Part shown: positions 50,565 to 61,538 of the stretch, piece after piece
How positions within the stretch are numbered: position 1 is the stretch's first letter
How the letters are laid out: every line of letters begins with the position of its first letter
Source of the DNA: Octopus bimaculoides
Taxonomy: Eukaryota
Assembly: GCF_001194135.2 (NCBI RefSeq)
Contig: NC_068985.1
Span: forward strand, 86,716,427-86,780,426
Direction of reading: 5' to 3'
Length of the DNA: 64,000 nucleotides
The notes under the pieces: generated by a model
Database searches by the model: none
What the model saw: only the letters and a program-made list of their open reading frames with translations
Told to the model about the DNA's origin: nothing
Program-made: the position numbers and the translations under genes

Positions 50565-50782
50565 CTTTTCCATTATAGGCACAAGGCCTGAAATTTGGGT
50601 GGTGGTGGTGAGGGGGAGACGACAGTCGATTAAATTGACCCCAGTGCTTGACTGGTATTTATTTTATCAACCCCAAAATGATGAAAAGCAAAGATGACCT
50701 CACCAGAATTTGAACTCAGAACATAAAGATATCGCTAAGCATTTTGTCTGGTGTGTCAATGATTCTTCCAGCTTGCCACCTT
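50565..50782 (-). mobile_element. SINE family B
   Basis: TATAGGCACAAGGCCTGAAATTT...GAATTTGAACTCAGAAC...CCAGCTTGCCACCT. Confidence 0.85.
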
Positions 50783-51899
50783 AATAATAAAAATAATAAT
50801 AATAATAATATGAAGGGAACAGTATGTTATCAGATGGGGGGGGGGGCAAAAGAGTGAAGAAACAAATTAATTACATTTTGTACATCGTCACCCATAAATC
50901 AATGTTGACAGCAGCCATGTTGGCAGATATATAAGTGGGGAGGACAAAGTTTAATTGGTGTCAAATATTGCATAGGAAATGAGAAGCAAAAAAAAAAAAT
51001 ATATATAACAGAGAAAATCCCCAGAAAAAAAAAGTAAAATACGAGGACAGTCTTGTGTGATGTAATAAATGTAAAAGAAATCAATTAAATGAATGTGTGG
51101 TGGTGGTGGTAGCAGTGGGGAGTGTTGGAAATAAATGCAGCTAAACAAGAATGGATGTAGAAGAGAAATGTTGATTGGAAAGAAATGGTAATAATGTATT
51201 GCCAAATAATTCTAAGTAAGAATAAAAAAAAGAAGGAAATGAAATGAAGCAAAGAAATTAGGTGAGGCTATTTACAGTCAAAAGTAAATAAATAGAAAAG
51301 GCTGTTTTCTATTGAACAACATGGACAGAGGATTAAAACTATTAAACTAAGACGTCTATAAGTCGTTTTTCTCCCTTTTTTACTTTGTTCATATTGTCCA
51401 CTATGTACTTAAGAATTGCCAGTAGCCAATTTGGTTAGATTTTTCTAATTTGTATTTGGGTAAGGCTGATGCCCTCTAGCGGAAAGTATTCAATTCTCAG
51501 AAAGTTTAGTGCCTCAAACTGAAAAATAAGGAATCTAAAAGTTTGCCATTTCTCTTCATGAAAAAAGAGAACAAGGGAGTACACCATATTTGACGAATGG
51601 GTTCACTGTATTTAACAAAGGTGTATCCTGTATTTGACAAATATTTCACTATGGTGCAAAGTTCAGTTTATACCTTGCTTTACTGCACAGATCCTTTCTG
51701 CAACTGCTAACCTGTCATAAACCAGTGCAGAAACGTTTATTTGGTTACCCACTCAGCTAGAAATAGCAACTAAATCTCCTTCAGTCATACACACTATTAT
51801 CTTAGATAAAGAGTTATTACATCATTTAATGTCATAATATATAACATTAATTAACTCAATTAATAGCAAAAACTATCTTTTAGTATTTTGAAATTGATG

Positions 51900-52172
51900 A
51901 AAGCAGCAATCTGGCAGAAATCATGCAATCTGGCAGAAATCATGCAATCTGACAAAAATCATGCAATCTGCCAGAAATCATACAATCTGGGAAAAATCAT
52001 TGGCAAAATGCTTGGCAGTATTTCATCTGTAATTATGTTTTGTGTTCAAATTCCATCGAGGTCAACTTTGCCTTCTTGCGATTATAAAATGAGTACCAGT
52101 TGCATACTGGAGTCAATGTAATTGATTTAGTACCTCCTTTGAAATTGCTGGCCCTGTGCCAAAGTCTGAAAC
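51900..52172 (+). mobile_element. SINE family B with a five-copy 19-bp array in its head
   Basis: (GCAATCTGGCAGAAATCAT)x5 at 51906-52000, then GGCAAAATGCTTGG...TGTGTTCAAATTCC...GGCCCTGTGCCAAA. Confidence 0.85.
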
Positions 52173-52260
52173 TGATGTTTTGAAATTGAATACTTACCAA
52201 ATTCTAAGGAAGAAAAAGTCTACAGACATTGCCCTTTGTGAATATTCTTTGCTAATAAAT

Positions 52261-52415
52261 GAGGATGTGGCTGTGTCGTTAAGAAGCTTGCTTCCAAATC
52301 ATGTGCTTGTGTGTTCAGTCCCACTACACAGCACTTTGGACTAGTGTCTTCTACTATAGCCCCAGGCTGACCAAGGCCTCATGAGTGGATCTCATAGTTG
52401 GAAACTAAAAGAAGA
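52261..52415 (+). mobile_element. SINE family A head
   Basis: GGATGTGGCTGTGTCGTTAAGAAGCTTGCTTCC...GGAAACTAAAAGAAG. Confidence 0.85.
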
Positions 52416-52529
52416 CCTTCTCTCTTGAGAGTTTCTTTCCACAACACACACACACACAGATGTACCATTGAAAGTCAGGAGGTATAATGGATGAATATAT
52501 CGACTTATGTTAAGTTATTTCCCCAGGGG

Positions 52530-52756
52530 AAATAAACCAACTTTAGTTGTCAAGCAGTATTGAGAGACAAACACTTATACAAAGACACACACATACAAAT
52601 AATGCATACAATGAGCTTCTTTCAGTTTCCATCTCCCAAATTCATCCACAACGCTTTGGCTAAGGCTATAGTAGAAATCACAAGCCCGAGGTGTCATGTA
52701 GAGGAACTGAACCTGGGACCATGTGGTTGAGAAGCAAATTCTTACTACACAGCCAT
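52530..52756 (-). mobile_element. SINE family A
   Basis: GCTTCTTTCAGTTTCCATC...GAACCTGGGACCATGTGGTTGAGAAGC...ACACAGCCAT. Confidence 0.85.
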
Positions 52757-52976
52757 AGTAGAAAGATTCATAATTGCCTCAAAATATAGAAGTCTTCTTT
52801 CTCCATGCTACCAATGTTTGTCCAAGGGAAAGATAGTTACTTGGTCAAAGATAGCTAGGTACCAGTGTCAGCTCAGAGCTTACTGCCAGAACCCCCACCC
52901 CACCACCAGAACAGATATTACTACAACATCTTGTCCATTCCTTTGATAGTTTGACCAATGCACTACCCTGTATTGG

Positions 52977-53041
52977 CACCTTGCCATTTGAACTCTCAGA
53001 ATTAATTTTGAATTAATTCTAAAAGTTCAAATGGCAAGGTG
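52977..53041. repeat. Near-perfect inverted repeat: 31-bp arms, 3-nt loop
   Basis: CACCTTGCCATTTGAACTCTCAGAATTAATT-TTG-AATTAATTCTAAAAGTTCAAATGGCAAGGTG; 29/31 positions complementary. Confidence 0.97.
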
Positions 53042-53329
53042 TGATCTTGGTGGGATTTGAGTCCAGAATGTTGAGATTAAGGATTAATACCACAAGGTAT
53101 TTTCTTTAGGATGCCCTGGACGAATGGAAGAAGTAGAGTGATTATTTTCCTCAAATCACAAATCTATCCAATTATCCAACTATTCTGCCAGTTCGCTGCT
53201 TCTTCCAGAATATTTGCTGCCAAATTGTTATTAGGGTTTTCTTTGCATATTTTGCAAATGAGGCAGTTAAAGGTCGGGAGAGCATGCCCCTCCCCTCCCT
53301 TGCTCCCAAGACTGGAATGGGAGACTAGG

Positions 53330-53735
53330 ATAGACACTCTGTCAGTTATGATGACAGGGGGTTCCAGTTGATCCAATCAACAGGATGGCCTGCTTGTGAA
53401 ATTAATATGCAAGTGGTTGAGTACACCACAGTCATGTGTAACATTTTTGTATTTCACAGATATGCAAGTGGCTGAGTGCTCCACAGTCATGTGTATCCTC
53501 AATGTAGTTCACAGATATGCAAGTGGTTGAGTACTCCACAGTCATGTGTACCTTTAATGTTGTTCACAGGGAGATTCAGTCTGACACAGAATGTGTTGAT
53601 GCTGGCTTTTGAAATAAGGTAAGTGGACTGGAACAACATAAAATAAGTATCTTGCTCAAGGCTGCAAAGTACTATCAACTCTTGACCTTTTGATCATGAA
53701 GTGAATAGCCTCTAACCGCTTAGCCACAGGCCTTC
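53330..53735 (-). mobile_element. SINE family D with a triplicated 55-bp internal segment
   Basis: Family D body. ATATGCAAGTGG.TGAGT.C.CCACAGTCATGTGTA...TTCACAG occurs three times at 53405-53569, and a decayed head follows to about 53735. Confidence 0.85.
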
Positions 53736-54546
53736 AGTGGTAGGTGGAGGATAGGTGGGAGTTATCTGCACAGGGAATGCTGGCAATGAAGTGGTGCTAC
53801 AAAGTTAGTCATGGCTTGGACCAATTCTGGTCAAGAATTTAAGTATCTTAGTTCCTGCTGAAATAAATAGTAATGACTATATGATTAATAGTATAAACTT
53901 CTATAGGTTTGTTCGATCTGCCAGAAATAATAGCGAAATGCACTTTGAAACTCTGCTATTTTAAAAAAAGGTAAAACATGTTGGATCATGTAGTCACAGG
54001 TAAACTTAGTCAGAACATGTTTTGTAATATTCATTGTGGAAATACTTATTGATCATAGGTGTGGTCAATGAGGAATGTCCTAGGGTTAAAGAACGATAAT
54101 GAATGATATTACCATGAGTTCAGATGTTGCAAAGAGACAGAATTTTGGTAGGCGGGGTTAAAGTTGAATAAAGTTGGTGGCATTAGTTTGAGGAAGCACA
54201 AGAGTGGAAAGTAAAGTTGGTCAAAGAAGGAATTGAACCTGGGTTGTTCTTCACTACCCTCAAACATGTAACTTTCAAGTGCTAAAGATAACAATGAAAT
54301 CTTCCTCAAATGACACTCAACTGTCTGAAATAAGATGAGGACATGTTAGATATTGTTGTCCTTAATGCTTCTAGATGGGATGATCACAGATGGAATGTCT
54401 TTTATTAAAAGTTTGCATAAACAAGATTCATTTAGGATTACACAACAACATTTGAGAGCTGACTTGTTAGAAATAGCAGCTGAATCTACTTCATGTTACA
54501 TTATTTAAAACAAAAGCACAGGAATGGCTAGATGCAGGTGTATCTA

Positions 54547-54702
54547 GGCACAGGCATGGCTGTGCGGTAAGAAGCTTGTTTCCCAACCACATGGTTCTGG
54601 GTTCAGTTCTGCTATGTGGTACAATGTGTATTTTCTACTGTAGTCTTGGGCTGAACAAAGATTTGTATGTGGATTTGATAGATGGAAATTGTAAGAAACC
54701 CA

Positions 54703-54776
<74 letters not shown>

Positions 54777-54960
54777 ATGTTTGCCCCTTACCACCACTTG
54801 ACAGCCTGTGTTGGTGTGTTTACATCCCTGTAAGTTAGTGGTTTGGCAAGAAGAGACCAATAGAATAAGTATCAGGCTTTAAAAAAAATAAGTCCGGTTG
54901 ATTCATTTAACTAAAAATTCTTTAAGGTGGTACCCCAGCGACTGAAACAAGTAAAACATA
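54547..54960 (+). mobile_element. SINE family A, full length
   Basis: Head, internal (GT)n and the 3' GACTGAAACAAGTAAAA tail. Confidence 0.9.
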
Positions 54961-56129
54961 GAAGTCTGAGAAAAACAGAAAAATAGGATGTGATGCTTAT
55001 CGATAAGGGTCTACTTAATCAGGGCCCACTTGGAGAAGAAGTGGGTTGGGGGTCACACAACAACAAGATTTAATAATATAGATTGTTAAAAGCAGCAAAT
55101 ATTTCCACAATGTAATTGAGATTTTCATAAATGATTTATGTGTTTGCCATGTTTAATGCAGGATGTAAATAAGAAGCCAATTGCTAGCCAATCCATCATC
55201 AGAATGTGAACATTTCAGAATCATTGAACTAAGCTTATGAGTGGAAGAAGAAAATTTATGAAAAATTTATAAATGGAACTTCAACAGTTAAGAAAGAAAT
55301 TGATGGCTGTATTCTTGAGTGTGTGTCTATGAGAGAATGAATGAAATTAGTTTCTGTGTAGTGTTTTAATGGCATTTGGTTTTAACTAGCTTTTAATTTA
55401 ACTTTCCAGTCTTGACAGCTATAATATATTCTATAGTCAGACTTTAGAATAATGCATTATTCCATTATTTTTCCATGAACAAAATATCTAATTTTGGAGA
55501 ATCTACTTTTCATTTTATATTTATTTCTCTCACCATTTTCAATCGATTCTTTGTTTGCATGAATTCTTGTTGTGAGAACTATATTGTTAAATATCTTTCT
55601 CAACTAATCTATCATTCCAGCTAATTAATGTAAATACAATAATATGCAGTGGACTGGAGCTGAAGCTGATCTTTTTGTTGACGGAAATTCAAATCTATAT
55701 TGGCTCGTTACGGTATCTAACTTAATGAAGTCATATTGAATGGGACTGCCTTGTCTTCTTGATGATGTTGCTGTTTAATAAACCCAACTCAGTTCTGATC
55801 AATCAAATCTATGTCAAGGCTTTCCAGTCATGACTATCCCATTTTGTTGTCAGGTAATACATTCAAGTCAAACTTATTCAATATATCCTTCATCCTTCAC
55901 TTTTTGAAAGGGTAAGTAGTTTAAGAGTAATTTTGCTGCTATTACTAGCAGGTCAGGTGACTCCCACTTGCTCACTCCTGTTGCCAATACACAAGGTAGT
56001 CTGAAAGTCTTGTCAGCCCCTACTCAAAAGTAATAAGAACTATAGAGAAACAATATAATAATATCAAACAGATTTACTGGTTTTGGCGTATTCACTTTCA
56101 TTGACACTGCCATTATCAAACATCAGAGA

Positions 56130-56300
56130 AGGTCTGTACGAACACCATCATTTTCGTGGCACAAAATGATCTGGTGCCATGTCTGGTTTGTTCCACAGTT
56201 CCAGAGTTTGAATGTAGGTTTTTGTTGGTTTCAACAAGATGGTGCCTCACCCACCCCGCTATACCATCAATGTCAGGGAATACCTGAATGACCCTTACAA
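56130..56300 (+). mobile_element. Tc1-like transposase fragment
   Basis: HKMIWCHV, then FVPQF...CWFQQDGA and a frameshifted HYTINVREYLND. WFQQDGA is the Tc1 second-Asp motif. Confidence 0.55.
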
Positions 56301-56324
56301 GGACAATGAGGAGGATGCGATGTA

Positions 56325-56495
56325 AGAAACACCAAGTACATTTATAAAGTAGTGGGTGTTAGGAAGTGAATCTGGCTGTAGAAACCAAGATAAAACAGAC
56401 AATGGGACTTGGTGCAGCCCCTGGCTTTGCCAGCTCCAGTCAATCCATCCGACCCATGCCAGCATGGAAAATAGACGTTAATTGATGATGATGAT
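56325..56495 (+). mobile_element. Retroposon family C 3' end
   Basis: GGTGTTAGGAAG...CCCATGCCAGCATGGAAAATAGACGTTAA(GAT)n. Confidence 0.8.
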
Positions 56496-56509
56496 GATGA
56501 TGATATATA

Positions 56510-56557
<48 letters not shown>

Positions 56558-56674
56558 GAAATACACACACACACAAACACACACACATACACATACATAT
56601 ACAGATACACACACGTACACACACACACACACACACATAAATATATATACATGCTGTTAAATTTATTTCCAGTC

Positions 56675-56845
56675 ATAGAGAACACTCTCGGAGTGGTCGG
56701 CGTTAGGAAGGGCATCCATCTGTAGAAACTCTGTCAGATCAGATTGGAGCCTGGTGCAGCCTTCTAGCTCACCAGTCCTCAGTCAAACCGTATAACCCAT
56801 GCTAACATGGAAAACGTACGTTAAATGATGATGATGATGATGAGA
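56675..56845 (+). mobile_element. Retroposon family C 3' end
   Basis: ACACTCTCGGAGTGGTCGGCGTTAGGAAGGGCATCC...CATGGAAAACGTACGTTAAA(TGA)n. Confidence 0.85.
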
Positions 56846-56879
56846 GTGACCAATGGTTTCACATTCATAAAATGTTTAT

Positions 56880-57030
56880 GTACCCATAACTTAGCAGTTC
56901 AGCAAAAGAGATTGATAGAATAAGAACTAGGCTTACAAAGAATAAGTCCTGGGGTCGATCTGTTCAACTAAAGGCAGTATTCTAGCATGGCTGCAGTCAA
57001 ATGACTGAAACAAGTAAAAGAAGGAAAGTA
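56880..57030 (+). mobile_element. SINE family A 3' part
   Basis: TAACTTAGCAGTTCAGCAAAAGAG...GCAGTCAAATGACTGAAACAAGTAAAAG. Confidence 0.85.
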
Positions 57031-57755
57031 TAAACAAAATTCTTTTCCATGGAGAGAAACAGTAGCCTCCCAATGTCATAGAATTGAGAGATTTTAGACA
57101 AACACGGTTATACAACACAGTTTGCATGCTTTAGATTTGTTTTAAATATCTGCAGAATGGCAGAACCGCATGTGTTCTTCATTAGAAGAATTTTTACAAG
57201 AATCTACACAATGAGATTTTCACTAGATATTGTGAACTAGAAAAATAAATATTTACCAAAATTCAGCTTGGATAAATCTATGATATACAAATTTAATAAT
57301 TTAAATGAATTTAAGATGAATGTAAGATGCTGAAATTATAGAAGGAAAGAAAACTACATTAAGTTGGATTAATATCTTTAAGAGAAACAAACAAATAAAA
57401 ATTTATTGTTAATTCAAAGCATGATACATAAAAAAAGAAACTGGATTAATAAAAATAATACTTATGCATCATGACAATTGCATGTTACAAGGAGACACCA
57501 TTATAAAATCAATGTCTGAATATCTAAATATCATTTGATCATTAGTTTAAGATAAAATAGTGTTTTAAGCATTAAAAAATTGTTCTGTGAAATACAAAAA
57601 AAATAAAACATTATAAGACCATTGAGTTTAGAAATAGTTGATATAAGAAGACTTGAAATTATAATAATACATCTAAGGTGTGAGCAATTTAGAGATTTCT
57701 AACTTTATATATATGTATGTCTGTATGTATGTATGTATGTATGCATGTATGCCAA

Positions 57756-58320
57756 CCTTTGAACGTCAGGCCTCATGGAGGCAAAGTGGCTGGGTACCTT
57801 TTGAGTGTTGGGCCTCACAGAGGCAAAGTGGCTGAGTTTCCTTCGAGTGTTAGGCCTCACAGAGGCAAGGTGGCTAAGTTCCTTGTTGAGCATTGAGCCT
57901 CATAGAGGCAAAGGAGCCAAGCTACTGGGCCTCATGGAGGCAAAGTAGCTGAGTTCCTTTCAAATGAGCCTCACTGAGGCGAAGTGGTTCAGTTTCTTTT
58001 GAGCATTGGGCCTCATGGAATCAAAGTGGTCAAGCTCCCTTTGAGTATTGGGCCCCACAGAGGCAATTACCAAGACCTTTGGCATTATGTCATGCTTGAG
58101 AAGAAGACCTATCAAGCCAAGCAAAATCACAGTCATGGCAGATACCAATGTCATGCAAATGGCACCCGTGCTGGTGGGATGTAAAAGCACACCAGTCTGA
58201 TCTGACAAAGTTTCTACAGCCGGATGCCCTTTCTAATGCAAACCACTCCAAGAGTGTAGTGGGTGCTTTTCAAGTGCCACCAGCATGGGAGCCAGTTGGG
58301 TGGCACTGGCAACGACCACG
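57756..58320 (+). mobile_element. Retroposon family C with an 8-copy ~42-bp array, fused to an inverted family C segment
   Basis: Eight GCCTCA(Y)RGAGGCAAAG motifs at 57769-58068, then GACCTTTGGCATTATGTC...AAAAGCAC (58190), then a reverse-complement family C segment. Confidence 0.85.
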
Positions 58321-59736
58321 CATACACTTGCTAATTGTTTTAGATGCTTCTTCTGTAGCTGTAAGTAAATATGAACAATGTCACATCACACCCAATCCGT
58401 TCTTGACTAGATGAGACATTCAGGATATGACAGCTGGAGTGGGAGGGAGAGGGGCAGTGCCAGTACAGATTTTAAAGCTGAATAGAATTGAGCAAGGTAA
58501 AGAGCCTTGCTCAAGGGGACAATGCATTGCCTAATCTAGGAATTAAATTTATGATCTGACAGTCATGAAACTACCACGACAGCCACTTTTGTTTAGGGCA
58601 GATGAAAATGTAGTGTATGAATACAAGAACACCTTGAATATTTGGTGTTGGTAGATTAATTGATTTATAATGTAGATGATCTTTGATTTGGAAAAGTGAT
58701 TGAAATTTTGAAATTAGTAAAGCTTATTGGAAATTGATTAAGCTTATTGGTAAAGAATTGATAGGAAAATTGAAGAGAATAAGAAATAAATTACATGAAA
58801 TATTGAAGCTTAAAATGTGGATTAAATTAAAACCTAAATAAATTGTAATGAATAAGTTATAATATAACAGTTGAATATATTTGTTAAAAAACAAACAGTG
58901 AACAAATCGAAAAATCATTAAAGGCTAAAAGGTATTAATGAAAGGGTGATTAAATAATTAGTCTTGGCTGGAGAGGTGAAGGGTTAAAGGATATACATCG
59001 ACTGGAAATAACTGAGATTTCTATAGAACGATGAGAAATCAATAACATAGGGTGCAGATGTAATAGAGAAATAATACAAAGCAATCATATAATGAGATAA
59101 TTGAATAATAATATAATTGTTTTAAAATAATAAGATAATGATAGAAAAATGATGTGAGGGGTGTGTGGGGAGAATCAAAGAAAATCTAAGGATGATAAAC
59201 AGAAAAATTAGCTGAAAAAAAACCCCGACAAATATTTACAAAAACATTTGGTGTCATGTAAAAGAAACAAAAAATGTTTGTGGGTGTTAAAACATGAAAT
59301 ATGTGTGCGTGATATGTGATAAACTGCGAAGAATTATATGAAGAGTTGGCAGCAAAACAGAGAGGAAAATTATAAGAATGGATGATTGATGTGTTGTGGT
59401 TGATGGTATAGGGGACACAGTGTATGGAAGAGTAGTTATTACAAACGTAGGAGGAAGAGGAATGATAGTCCATTTAGGATGTGGTTTTGTAAAGTAATGA
59501 GCGAAAAGGGGTGGAGTTCTAAGGACTGTATGCAAGTATTGTAATAGGTAGGTAGGATACGTGTTAAAGTATGAACATTTGTATTTAGAGGAGGAGAAAG
59601 TGGTGGTGGTGGTGGTAGTTGATTGGTCATCACCAATATCCCTGATGATGGCCTTTGTGTTTCATGAAAATATTGTGGAATTAAATTATAGTTAAGAGTT
59701 GTTGTCATCATTGTCATCATCATCATCATCATCATC

Positions 59737-59803
<67 letters not shown>

Positions 59804-59879
59804 CATGCAGAGCGAAGTCACTTGGCAAACATTGACATTGAACTCTGCTGTACATGTGCACTAAATTTTAAGTTTCTAG

Positions 59880-60135
59880 CTCACTTCTGGTGTTTACAGA
59901 TGCACTTGGAAGGAACGTGTGTAGCATGTGATCATAGCATTGACCATGACAGAGGAAGCAGTCATGGCGATACCTGAAAAGTTGCAGAAAGTGTATGGAG
60001 AGGAGGGAATGATCTGCACACAAGTGTACGAGTGACTCAGACATTTCCAAGATGGCTGAAAATATGTCAATATTGACAAACGTCCTGGGAGACCTGCAAC
60101 CAGCAGGACTGAGGAAAACATTGCAGCATGTATAT
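59880..60135 (+). mobile_element. Mariner transposase N-terminal fragment
   Basis: LQKVYGEEGMICTQVYE*LRHFQDG...DKRPGRPATSRTEENIA is the mariner HTH region. Confidence 0.75.
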
Positions 60136-60321
60136 AATAGGCTTGTTTCACTTTCCATCAAATAAGGCTTTAATTGGCCCCATGACTGAAGGTGCAGTGT
60201 AGTGGAACTGAACCCCAAACCATGGGATTGGGAAGCAACAGTTACAGGAGGATCATACTTTGTCATTCATATTCTTTAGAATGCTGAGTTAGAATGAGAC
60301 CAAAATGGAATGTGAATGAAG

Positions 60322-60530
60322 GGGCAGATGTGGTTGTGTAGTAAGAAATTTGCTTTCCAACTACAAGGTTCTGGGTTCAGTCCCAATGTGTGGCACTTTG
60401 GGCAGGTGTCTTCTATGGCCACAAGCTGACCGTGAGCACTGGAATCAATTCAATTGACTAAGACATTCTTCAGGGTGGTGCCCCAGCATGGCCACAGTCT
60501 AATGACTAAAACAAGCAAAAGATAAAAGAA
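60322..60530 (+). mobile_element. SINE family A, internally deleted
   Basis: The head is joined directly to the GGTGCCCCAGCATGGCCACAGTC...GATAAAAGAA tail. Confidence 0.8.
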
Positions 60531-61139
60531 CTCAGCTAAAAACGCAAGCAAACCTGAGTGAAAACGAAAATAAACACCTTGCTAATTAATGATCATAGAC
60601 ACCAATAAAAAAAGCTGAAGGTGAAAACTGATTAGCTGGGAAAATGAATGAAGAATGTGAATTGTTTTAGCAATGGAACAACAATGCATAAACACGATAT
60701 AGGTCATCATTAGTGATATAAGAATATGGTTGTTTATATATTTAATATGAATTTAGGTTTCTGTGAATGTAGTTCAGGTTCTTTTCTGAATGACACGAGA
60801 GTAATGGAATCTTGGCAAAAGAAACATAGTTTCTCTCTCAGGTGCAAGCATTAAAAGGGTTATTATTTCTTTCGTATGTTTTAGCTCTTGAGAGTAAGAT
60901 GAAATGTGATCGAATTGTCCTTTAATCATCAAATTATGAAACCAAATAAGATTGTTTTTGCTGGGAATCTTAACTGATTGTGTATGCAAATAAACTGGTG
61001 AGTTAAATGGATATGAGATCATGTTGAGGAAAGTATTGAGTTGTGTGAGGCTGTTGTTGAAATTAGGGCAGTTATTTGGGCTTCTGTTTTGTTGGTTAAT
61101 AGTTTTACAATATTTCTTAGTGAAATGATGAGTGAACTC

Positions 61140-61538
61140 GCAATTAAACAACTGAGATTGGTCAACAACAATTCTCTTGCAAGACAATGCTTGACCACAT
61201 GTTGCACAAAGAATGCTACTGAAGTTACAGGAACTGAACTTGGAAATATTCTGTCATCCACCATATTTATCAGACCTTGCACCAACTGACTATCATGTTT
61301 TCCAGGCTTTAGACAACTTTTTGCAAAGAAAAAAAACTTCAAACCTAAAAAAGATCCAAAAACAGCCTTTCGTAGTTTCATCACCTCTTTCTCCCCAGAA
61401 TGCTTTGCTGCCAGCATAAATAAGCTACCGATAAAATGGCAAAATTATGTTCATAACTTAGGCACATACTTTGATTAAGTGCAGTACTTTTTGCTGGGAT
61501 AAACTTTTAGTTCGGATATTTCATTCTTAATGACCTGA
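61140..61538 (+). mobile_element. Mariner transposon 3' portion
   Basis: ILLQDNA*PH, LQELNLEIFCHPPYLSDLAPTDYHVFQALDNFL. Terminus ...TAATGACCTGA|TA matches the TIR type at 3730. Confidence 0.88.

Noticed and set aside
57769-58068. Regularly spaced repeats resembling a CRISPR array (also the 19-bp and 55-bp arrays)
   Set aside because: They are contiguous tandem units with no unique spacers and no cas genes, in eukaryotic retroposon context.
59630-59685. CTGATGA...GAAA hammerhead-like spacing
   Set aside because: There is no credible helix II, the cleavage-site base would be G, and helix I is out of register.
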